A DNA stretch of 64,000 nucleotides from an uncultured virus (IMG/VR IMGVR_UViG_2684623068_000003) (lineage: Duplodnaviria > Heunggongvirae > Uroviricota > Caudoviricetes), in IMG/VR virus record IMGVR_UViG_2684623068_000003. The stretch is one strand, 5' to 3'. Below are positions 1 through 8,357 of the stretch, one piece after another. How positions within the stretch are numbered: position 1 is the first letter of the stretch; every line of letters starts with the position of its first letter. Position numbers and translations under genes: made by a program. The notes under the pieces are model-generated. The model was not told the DNA's origin, did not search any database, and worked only from the letters and a program-made list of their open reading frames with translations.

Positions 1-1056
1 CTACCCTTTGGCAACCTCCGCCGCCATTTTGCCGCCATTCAGGCGGGTCAACGGATTAAGCCGAATCGCATCTTCTAGGTGGTCAGGAGCAAAATGTGCA
101 TAACGCATGGTTATACGTATATCAGAGTGTCCAAGTATTCTTTGTAGCACGACGATGTTGCCACCGCCCATCATAAAATGGCTTGCAAACGAGTGACGAA
201 GTACATGTGTCATCTGCCCTTTTGGCAAATTTAGCCCAGCCAATCTAGCCACCCGATAGAATTGCTTGTAACAGGGTGCAAAAGGTTTGTTTTCCCAATT
301 GACTAAATCATCATAAAGTTCTTTTGCTAACGGAACCGTGCGGTTCTTTTTACCTTTTGTATTGATATAGGTGACTTTAGTTGGCGACAACTGAGAGGCT
401 TTTAGGTGCGCAGCCTCATTCCAGCGTGCACCAGTCGATAAACATAAGCGGACAATAAGAGTTAGTTCTGGATTACCATGTAGCTCGCACGCTGCAATAA
501 GCCTAGCAATCTCGCGATCTGTTAGCCAAGACATCTCCCGTTCTGCGGTTTCAAACTCGCGTATTGATTCTAGTGGGTTTGGATAGCTCCACTCACCCAG
601 CCTTTTGAGCTCATTAAACACCGCACGTAGGTATGCCTGTTCAATGTTGACCGTTCCTGTGCTTACCTTACGAGTCTCAAGTCTGACGCTATAGCCATTA
701 TCAACTTCTCCACGCAGCCGCCGATCACGATAATGCGCCCAATCTCTCGGTGTGATTTGTGAGGCAATGGGATCACCTAATCCACCGCATATAATGTTCA
801 GCTTAGCTATACGGCCACTTCTATCGCTCAGTGAACAACCGTGCAGGCGATCCCATAGGGTAATAAGTTCGCTTAATTTACGTTTATCGTCTTTATCTGC
901 GAGCCAAGGCCTAGATTTGGCCTGCTCCATGGAGAAAGCTTCAAAGGCGATAGCCTCACCTTTTGTAGAAAACTGCTTACGAACGCGTTTGCCTTCGCGG
1001 CCATTTGGATAACACTCGCAAAGCCATTTACCAGAGGGGAGTTTTCGAACAGACAT
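1..1056 (-). CDS. int: Phage tyrosine integrase
   Basis: 351 aa; TGARWNE (R), HVLRHSFASHF (HxxR), LGHSDIRITMRYAH (H..Y); P2-family N-terminus MSVRKLPSGKWLCECYP. Confidence 0.97.
   Translation of the reverse strand: MSVRKLPSGKWLCECYPNGREGKRVRKQFSTKGEAIAFEAFSMEQAKSRPWLADKDDKRKLSELITLWDRLHGCSLSDRSGRIAKLNIICGGLGDPIASQITPRDWAHYRDRRLRGEVDNGYSVRLETRKVSTGTVNIEQAYLRAVFNELKRLGEWSYPNPLESIREFETAEREMSWLTDREIARLIAACELHGNPELTLIVRLCLSTGARWNEAAHLKASQLSPTKVTYINTKGKKNRTVPLAKELYDDLVNWENKPFAPCYKQFYRVARLAGLNLPKGQMTHVLRHSFASHFMMGGGNIVVLQRILGHSDIRITMRYAHFAPDHLEDAIRLNPLTRLNGGKMAAEVAKG
20..37. promoter_or_regulatory. Probable integrase arm-type sites (GCCGCCA x2, 11-bp period)
   Basis: GCCGCCA-TTTT-GCCGCCA at the int 3' end; same spacing recurs at 34431-34448 at the other prophage end. 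Confidence 0.65.
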
Positions 1057-1091
1057 TCACTGCACCAATCATTTGAGTTGGCGCAGTTTTA

Positions 1092-1114
1092 CTGGATATA
1101 AAAACAGTAGTCAA
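1092..1114 (-). promoter_or_regulatory. LexA (SOS) box overlapping putative int promoter
   Basis: Minus strand CTGTTTTTATATCCAG (CTG-N10-CAG) directly after a TTGACT -35-like hexamer, about 35 nt upstream of int. Confidence 0.7.
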
Positions 1115-1154
1115 TGTTTGTTACTAAGCATACAAACACTATTATGATGGATGA

Positions 1155-2068
1155 CTATTTTTTAAGCTGAGCTAGTGTATCTAACATTTTTTCAAAGATC
1201 GCATAATCATCTTTAGATAGCTTTCTTGATTCAATGAGATCCGTGGTTTGTCCAGCATCAAGCTTCTCTACCGTAGACCTAAAGCCACACTTTTCTATTA
1301 GATCATAAACATGAAAATCAACATTGGAACTCTTCATTATTTTAACTATCGCAAGAGTTTCTTCACGTGAGCGTTTCAATGTCTCATAGTATCTAAATTC
1401 ATCCATTGAAATTCTATATTGTTTTAAGAAGAAAAATGCCACTAACTCAAGAAAAAATAAGACACCGAACTTTGGTAGTAAAGTTAACAATAAGACGTTA
1501 ATGTTATTGACATCGAAGTTATAATAATCAGTATTTAAGTAGAAAAACAGTAAGCCCAACAGAGACATAATAACACCGATAAATAAATACAAAGATGCTC
1601 TGCCATAGATGTTATTTGCCAATTTTGTTGAATTTACAACCAATTCTTCAACATAGTAAATAGGATCATTTTCCTCACTACTGACTCTATCTTGATTTTT
1701 TCTGAAAGCCCCAGCTTTCTTTTATCAGCAAAATCATTTTCTTTATTTTTTGCATTTTGCTTTATTTTTTCAAATGGAGTAATTCCATATATAGATGTAT
1801 ATACCAACGGAATAATAATAATGACCACACTTAAACTGATTGAAATCTGATGTTCAAGCATAGTTTGATAGCTTATAGACTTTTTTTGTATTGAGCTTAA
1901 AATAAAGTCAAATGATGGTATCATTGATACAACCACCCAAAAAAGAAACTCATTGTAGACACGAATCGTTCGCTTAAAAGAATCAATTAAATACAAAGCC
2001 GTATGCAAAAAAGCAGGGGAAGCTTTATCATCGACTGCATTTTTACTATTATTAAATGAATTTTTCAT
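1155..2068 (-). pseudogene. AT-rich multi-TM membrane protein gene split by an apparent 1-bp deletion (ORFs 1634-2068 and 1155-1643)
   Basis: Adding one A to the A6 run at 1696-1701 joins the ORFs into about 304 aa with four hydrophobic segments; lies between cI and int. Confidence 0.6.
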
Positions 2069-3205
2069 ATTTACCAATCACCAATCCTTTGACCTGCAAC
2101 ATATTCAACTCACTATCAAATTCAAAACCTTGACCAATCAACCTAATTCTATTGTCTGGTAATATTACTGTTTTATAAATATCAATTACACTATTCAACT
2201 CAATTAAGAATGTACCATTGAATATATCTTTGACACTGAAATCAACCAAATAAGAATTAAGACCATTAGATAAATATATAATACTGTTTTTGTTAGCAGC
2301 ATCAGGAATTTCATCTGAAGTGATAGCTCTTTGGCCTTGAGGTTTTAGTTTCCCGCCCTCTAGCTTCATCCTTTTTACTCTCAAAATATCCAAATCATCA
2401 TCCTTATTGACGTCCCCTAAAGCCAGCCACATAAGGTTGATTTTTGTATCTAACGCACACGCGACAACTACATCTCCCGGAAAATAGTTCCTACGGATCC
2501 AAGTACTAATGGTCGCAGTAGAAATCCCTAATAAGTCAGCAAGCTCTTTCTGCATAGTAAAACCATACGCTTGCATGATTCTTTCAAGTACGGCTTTCCC
2601 CCAGATGCAAGCACCTGTTCGTACAATGCTTGTCCTTTCAATAGAGACCGCTCTTTTACTTCCAAAATTGGCAGTTCATTAGCAGCTTGATTATTCGAGT
2701 GGGAATTTTCGAATTCGTCCTTACCTGTCATCAACCAATGCAAGGGACAACGGGTTTCCATTGCGCATTTGATAATAATATCGCCGGGTACGACATCGCG
2801 AAGAGCCCAACTACTAACTGAGCTTGGTGATGTCTCAAGCTTTTCTGCTAAATCTTTTTTAGTTGTTACACCATATGCCTTGATGATCCGGTCAAGAATA
2901 TCTTTACCACTTGAACTCAAAATTTTCTCATGCAAAGCCTTATTTGATGGCTCTAAACTTTCGTTATTCACGGGCTCTGAATTCGATTTTGCAAACTCAC
3001 CAGTAACTAACCACGTCACATCAGAACCGGTATCCATAGCGCATTGAACTAAAACGCTAGCTGGAACACTGCCGCGTTTAAGCCAACTACTGATGTTATT
3101 GCTCGCAATACCAAGCTTTTCGCTGAGTTCCTTTTGCATGGTAAAGCCATACGCAGAGAGCACTCGCTCTAGAACAGAGGTCACATCACGAGAGTCAGTA
3201 GTCAC
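2052..3205 (-). CDS. cI: 186-type CI repressor with three tandem HTH domains, split over two frames at 2594-2602
   Basis: Three repeats (VLERVLSAYGFTMQKELSEKLGI, ILDRIIKAYGVTTKKDLAEKLET, VLERIMQAYGFTMQKELADLLGI) plus a C-terminal CI-type domain; a -1 shift joins 2528-3205 to 2052-2576. Confidence 0.85.
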
Positions 3206-3317
3206 TTTTAGCCACCTAAAATCAAATAAAGTTATTTACACATCAATAAATGCGAACTAAAGTAACTACACACCACATGCAATACGATAGAACACAGTTA
3301 ACAGGAGATCTTGCTTT

Positions 3318-3704
3318 ATGGATCAGCAAAATGCAACGCCCACACCTTCAACACATGCGATTCAATTAACAGATCAGCAAATCAATTTGCTTGTTGCACA
3401 ACTACTTCCAGCCATAAGCACCGTGCTTGAGGCGTCAATGGAGCAAGCTGTTGCCACATTTAGTGCCCCGACAATTGACAAAAAAACCTTCGCTAAAGTC
3501 AACGACATCAGCAGTTCAGTGCTTGAGAAGTGGATTAGCAATGGCGTTGTACTGCTAGCCCCAACGCCTACAACTTCAGTCACTCAAGAACGCAATGGCA
3601 AAAACATCACTATGACTAAGCACGGAAATGCCTTAATCAATCTTGAAGCGTGGCGAGAGAAGAATCGACAGCAAGCGATCAAGTGCCGTTACATTAAACC
3701 GTAA
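3318..3704 (+). CDS. Apl/Cox-like lytic repressor/excisionase
   Basis: 128 aa, divergent from cI, first early gene; SD AGGAGA; TIDKKTFAKVND..VLEKW HTH-like segment. Confidence 0.7.
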   Translation: MDQQNATPTPSTHAIQLTDQQINLLVAQLLPAISTVLEASMEQAVATFSAPTIDKKTFAKVNDISSSVLEKWISNGVVLLAPTPTTSVTQERNGKNITMTKHGNALINLEAWREKNRQQAIKCRYIKP

Positions 3705-3736
3705 TTCGATTATTCAAATTTATACGAGATTTTGCC

Positions 3737-4255
3737 ATGTTTGCAAAAGGAACGGCTAAACATACACATTGGGATTCGGCTCTGCGACGTTTCGCCAATT
3801 CTGTCGAAATAAAAGAAATAGCCGAGATTATCGGCATGAATCCCCAAACGCTGCGCAATAAGCTCAACCCCGCGCAGCCGCACGAACTTACCGCCGTTGA
3901 GCTGTTACGCATCACACATGCAACGCAGAATTACACGTTGGTTGATGGTGCTCTCGCGGAGCTTGGGCGTTTGCCCTCTCTGCCAATGGATTGCCAACAG
4001 GAAGAAACCAACATTCCCGTGCAGGCGCTAAAAATCAGCGCCGCAGCCGGTGAACTGGCTGGCGAATCAGTGCAATTAATATCAGGAGCTCGCCTAACTA
4101 AAACACGCAAAGACGCCATCGTAGCGCGAGCGAATAAAGCCGTTCGCGATCTGATGTTGTTTGCTTATGCCGTTGAAGAGCGTTTTCACTCGGTGCCGGT
4201 GCTCTCCACCACAGCCGATTTGCTCACCAATGGCAATTTACCCGGTCTCATGTGA
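3737..4255 (+). CDS. cII: 186-type CII activator
   Basis: 172 aa; HWDSALRRFA..GMNPQTLRNKLNPAQPHELT signature. Confidence 0.9.
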   Translation: MFAKGTAKHTHWDSALRRFANSVEIKEIAEIIGMNPQTLRNKLNPAQPHELTAVELLRITHATQNYTLVDGALAELGRLPSLPMDCQQEETNIPVQALKISAAAGELAGESVQLISGARLTKTRKDAIVARANKAVRDLMLFAYAVEERFHSVPVLSTTADLLTNGNLPGLM

Positions 4256-4263
4256 GGTATTTC

Positions 4264-4440
4264 ATGGACACGCCCGTTTCTATCACCCCGCTATTACGTC
4301 GGCAGCAAGGCCGCCCAAGCAGCCCTGTTGAAATCCGTCATGGCAAAGGACGCCAAGGCATCATTATTCGCCCTGATGGCCGTCGCTGGACACCACCAAA
4401 AGGCGCTTTCACTCAGTTACTACAGAGGGCAACACGATGA
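4264..4440 (+). CDS. Small early protein, Fil (filamentation) family-like
   Basis: SITPLLRRQ..HGKG..IIRPDGRRWTP resembles 186 Fil; SD GAGGT; position after cII. Confidence 0.55.
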   Translation: MDTPVSITPLLRRQQGRPSSPVEIRHGKGRQGIIIRPDGRRWTPPKGAFTQLLQRATR

Positions 4441-4946
4441 ACCCACGCTTGGCTTTCAGTTCTGAACACGTACATACCATACCGATCCGTCTGCGTTCGC
4501 TTATCGGCAAACACTTCGCCAGCTCACGCTGGGAAGAAAGCTGCCAGTTTTATGACGCCATGCCAGAACGCTATCGCTCGACAGTGTGCTTTCATGCGGG
4601 ACTGAAAAAACACCATGCATTATTGCGTTTGTCTGAACTGGATGACTCTGAACGCGAGCGTGTGATTAATGCGCTGGACGAACTGCGCGGCCATTTTGCC
4701 AAATATCGCAAACATGCCATAAGCAACGCCGCCTATGTTCAGCGCTTGCCGATTAGTGTGCGCAAAACGTTATTTCTTCATGCTGGATTAACGCAGACAG
4801 AATTCAATCAACCGGTTTGGCTCATTGAGGACGAGACCTGCGTTTGGCGCGACAAAGTGCTTAAAGCGATCCGTGAATTGCTCAATATGTTCGCCGATGT
4901 ACCGGACATTCTGACCTCGGTCAAACCTGAAACCTATTTCAACTAA
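4437..4946 (+). CDS. P2 gpB-like replication accessory protein
   Basis: 169 aa; repeated CFHAGL/FLHAGL motifs; early operon position. Confidence 0.7.
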   Translation: MNPRLAFSSEHVHTIPIRLRSLIGKHFASSRWEESCQFYDAMPERYRSTVCFHAGLKKHHALLRLSELDDSERERVINALDELRGHFAKYRKHAISNAAYVQRLPISVRKTLFLHAGLTQTEFNQPVWLIEDETCVWRDKVLKAIRELLNMFADVPDILTSVKPETYFN

Positions 4947-5015
4947 ATAACCCATTTTCAATTTATGGCGTGTTAACCCGCCGGGTTTCGTGCGCTCAAA
5001 ATTTAAGGAATCATC

Positions 5016-5234
5016 ATGGCTGACATCATCGATCGCGCCCAAGAATTGCAGCAGCACCAACTTGAAAGACAAATTGCTGCGGCGAGACAGTCTCACCATT
5101 CTGTTTCGGCTGATACTTGCGAAGACTGCGACGCCCCAATCCCTGAAGCGCGCCGCACGGCTATCGCAGGTGTGCAGTGTTGCATTCACTGCCAGCAGAT
5201 CCGCGAACTCACACGCAAGCATTTTCGCGCATGA
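5016..5234 (+). CDS. TraR/DksA C4 zinc-finger protein (P2 orf82-like)
   Basis: MADIIDRAQE..CEDCDAPIPEARR..CCIHCQ. Confidence 0.92.
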   Translation: MADIIDRAQELQQHQLERQIAAARQSHHSVSADTCEDCDAPIPEARRTAIAGVQCCIHCQQIRELTRKHFRA

Positions 5235-7498
5235 GCCAACCTCATCGGGGGCGCATCGCCCCCTCGCCGCCGCCACCGTTTACCGGAACCCAAGCCGACG
5301 CCTTCGTCGGCCTTTACCCATGGAACGCGCCTAAAAAAGCGATAGGCCGAGAAAGACAGCTTGCCCTTGCCGAATACCAGCAAGGGCAAGCTGTTTTGCG
5401 TCGTATCGATTCCCTACCACGTTTTCTGAGCGCCATTCTACTAAACCGCCATGCGTGGCTACTGAAGAACAAAAGCCTGCACGCAGCGAATAAGTTTCTG
5501 GTGTTCACCGTTGAGCCGCGCATCTGGCCGCGTCTTGATATCGTTAACCGCAAGTTCGCCATGAACCTCAATGCCTCACAGCGCTTTATGTCAGAAGGCG
5601 ACATTTATCGCCGTTTACCCGGCATGAACGATCGTGAGCTTGAACGCCTCGCTGGCCGTATCGCGGGACAACTCTTTTCAGCTTACGAAGAACTTAGCGA
5701 TGCGTTTTTACTGCACAGCGCCCAAGAGAAGCTTTTCACCGACGAAGCACAGGCCAAGATTTACGGCCATGTTGCTGGCGCAGCTCGCGCTTTCAACATC
5801 ACCCCACTGAACTGGACTAAATACCGCAAAGGCACGCTGGATATCCGCTCAGCGTTCTCCAGCATTGCGCGTCTGATAAATGATGAATGGTGGATTAGCC
5901 AGCTCAAAGCCCAGCGCACGCAGTGGCGTGAGGCATTGCTGATTGCCGCTGGTGAAGTACATTGCAATAAGTCCGGCTATGCCAGCAAACAGGCGATCCG
6001 CGATGTTCAGGCGCGCCGCTTGGCGAATATGGAATACCTAAAGTCCTGCGAGTTGGAGAACGTTGACACCGGTGAGCGTTTTTCCCTGATCGATAAAGTG
6101 ATGGCCAGTATCTCGAATCCTGAAATCCGTCGTATGGAACTCATGAGCACCATCGCGGGGATCGAGAAATACGCGGCCAGCATGAAACATGTCGGCATGT
6201 TCCTGACTATCACCACGCCCTCGAAATACCACCCGATGCGTAAAACGGGTAAGAAAAACAACATCCGAGTTCAACTCAATCACAAATGGGATGACGCGGC
6301 GTTCTCGCCTAAAGACGGCCAGCGCTATTTGGTCAATATCTGGAGCAAAATGCGCACCGCATTCAAAGACCAAAATCTAAAGGTCTACGGAATGCGCGTG
6401 GTCGAGCCACACCACGACGCCACGCCTCACTGGCACATGATGCTGTTTTGCGAACCGAAGCACCGCCCTTCAATCATTGCCATTATGAAGCGCTACGCGC
6501 TGATGGAAGATGGTGACGAACGCGGCGCACAGGAAAACCGCTTCGAGTGTAAGCACCTCAACAGAGGCGGCGCGGCGGGTTACATCGCCAAGTACATCGC
6601 TAAAAATATCGATGGCTATGCCCTCGACGGCGAGATCGATAGCGAAACCGGTAAACCGTTGTCAGACACTGCCGCCGCTGTTACCGCGTGGGCGTCTACG
6701 TGGCGCATTCCCCAATTTAAAGCCATTGGGGTGCCGACCATGGGCGCATACCGCGAGTGCCGTAGTCAAAATCTACGTTATATCAGTCTGGCCGAAAGCT
6801 TTGATGAACGCGTCGAAGCCGTGCGCGCTGCCGCATCAGACGGCGATTTTGCTGCCTATATCGCGGCACAAGGTGGTGCCAATGTGCCTCGTGACTTACA
6901 AACGGTGCGCGTGGCTCGCAAGGTTGCCGATGAACCTAACGAATACGACGAAGACGTTCAGAAAATCGTGGGCATCTTCGCCCCGCATCTCGGTGAAAAC
7001 CACATTCACACCACCCGCGATACCCAATGGCGCATCGTCGCTAGAGCCGTTGACCTTGAGCCTTTGACCTTAAAAAGCGCCTCTGGCGCGCCTCGGAGTC
7101 CTGTCAATAACTGTGGATCCGCTGGGAAAGCAGCCACCAAAGAAACCGCCGATAAGGCACCTAAACAGGACTCAAGACGCATCAGTTCGCCGCCTGTAGA
7201 CGAAATCGCATGGGATGACATCGGTAACGTGGTGCTCATTAGAGAGCTACTGAAGGAACAAGCGCCAAAAGTGAACCACAGGCAGCGAAATTACGACCAG
7301 TTGCACCGGCCAGAACTTGCACCTTCGGCACGTTTGACTCAAGCCGAACGGCAATGTCTGCCACAAATTCACGCCGACCTCACGGCCAAAGGCATTCATC
7401 CGCAACGTTGGGAGCTGGAAGTTCTCGCTCGTGGGGCAAAAGTGAGCTTTGGGGATCTAACGTTCCAATATTCAACAGATGATGAATGGAATATGTGA
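5231..7498 (+). CDS. A: Rolling-circle replication endonuclease gpA
   Basis: EPHHDATPHWH (HUH) and YIAKYIAKNIDG (YxxxY); ATG overlaps upstream stop. Confidence 0.96.
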   Translation: MSQPHRGRIAPSPPPPFTGTQADAFVGLYPWNAPKKAIGRERQLALAEYQQGQAVLRRIDSLPRFLSAILLNRHAWLLKNKSLHAANKFLVFTVEPRIWPRLDIVNRKFAMNLNASQRFMSEGDIYRRLPGMNDRELERLAGRIAGQLFSAYEELSDAFLLHSAQEKLFTDEAQAKIYGHVAGAARAFNITPLNWTKYRKGTLDIRSAFSSIARLINDEWWISQLKAQRTQWREALLIAAGEVHCNKSGYASKQAIRDVQARRLANMEYLKSCELENVDTGERFSLIDKVMASISNPEIRRMELMSTIAGIEKYAASMKHVGMFLTITTPSKYHPMRKTGKKNNIRVQLNHKWDDAAFSPKDGQRYLVNIWSKMRTAFKDQNLKVYGMRVVEPHHDATPHWHMMLFCEPKHRPSIIAIMKRYALMEDGDERGAQENRFECKHLNRGGAAGYIAKYIAKNIDGYALDGEIDSETGKPLSDTAAAVTAWASTWRIPQFKAIGVPTMGAYRECRSQNLRYISLAESFDERVEAVRAAASDGDFAAYIAAQGGANVPRDLQTVRVARKVADEPNEYDEDVQKIVGIFAPHLGENHIHTTRDTQWRIVARAVDLEPLTLKSASGAPRSPVNNCGSAGKAATKETADKAPKQDSRRISSPPVDEIAWDDIGNVVLIRELLKEQAPKVNHRQRNYDQLHRPELAPSARLTQAERQCLPQIHADLTAKGIHPQRWELEVLARGAKVSFGDLTFQYSTDDEWNM

Positions 7499-7606
7499 AA
7501 AAGGAGGTGAGGAAAAATGTAAAACAGATGACTAAACGTCACAAAATCTATACATGTGAATGAGTTAGCGCTTATACAGTGTTGACGAGGTTATTTTTAT
7601 AACCGA

Positions 7607-7626
7607 TACTGTATATGCATACAGTA
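7607..7626 (+). promoter_or_regulatory. LexA (SOS) box
   Basis: Perfect palindrome TACTGTATATGCATACAGTA downstream of TTGACG, upstream of tum-like gene. Confidence 0.92.
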
Positions 7627-7642
7627 ATTGCAGAGGATACCA

Positions 7643-7846
7643 GTGGAACACATCAAACAAAATCAACTCACACTGTCACGGATACAATTTATTGCTGACG
7701 TCTCGCAGTCAGCTCAATGCAGCAATTCAGAATTTAAAATTGCTATGTCGCTCATATCTGAGTTAGTTGGCACCACGCTAGAGTCTGAACCTCATAGCTC
7801 AGGCTTGAATGCTGCCCCAGATAAAATGAACAAACTTGAGAGCTGA
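7643..7846 (+). CDS. tum: Tum-like SOS antirepressor
   Basis: GTG start with GAGGA SD; LSRIQFIADVS..CSNSEFKIAMSLISEL resembles 186 Tum N-domain; LexA box upstream; follows A. Confidence 0.7.
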   Translation: MEHIKQNQLTLSRIQFIADVSQSAQCSNSEFKIAMSLISELVGTTLESEPHSSGLNAAPDKMNKLES

Positions 7847-8039
7847 CCCCATGCATATACCACTACGCGAACCACCCCGTTTCAGCTCACATCAGTTAAA
7901 GTTGAACGCTGTTATTCTTCGCCTGCAGAATTTGATGATCAATGAGAATTTGACTCCTGACGAGCTCGTAGCGTGCGCTGAATTAGTTAAGGTCAGTAAT
8001 ATCAAAACAGAAGAACTAGCTTCAAATAGGGCTACCTAA
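7836..8039 (+). CDS. Small P2-like phage protein (orf91-like), start uncertain
   Basis: LNAVILRLQNLMINENLTPDELVAC; position before cos. Confidence 0.5.
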   Translation: MRADPMHIPLREPPRFSSHQLKLNAVILRLQNLMINENLTPDELVACAELVKVSNIKTEELASNRAT

Positions 8040-8178
8040 GCCCGATTTTCACCTTGCATGCATAGCGTGCATCAATTCGCATCGTGATCCGTTGCCAGTT
8101 TTGATCTTGTAGCGCCAGTCCTGACGCGGATCACGATGGATCACGCACCTGCATTAAAAACGACACATTAAGCGGGCA

Positions 8179-8197
8179 GGCGTGGCGGGGATAGCAT
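8179..8197 (+). other. cos site of prophage 1
   Basis: GGCGTGGCGGGGATAGCAT, near-identical to the 19-nt 186/P2 cohesive end. Confidence 0.93.
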
Positions 8198-8357
8198 TGC
8201 GCGCTTAATATTTAGTGCCTTCAGCCATGATTAATACAAAAGATATTTTTTTATTTGGGTAAGGTCGTTATGATCCAAACGCTCATATCGATCATTTGGC
8301 TATGCTCGCGATGAGAATCATATAGTTTTATAGTTTTACAAATAATGAGGTAGTGGT

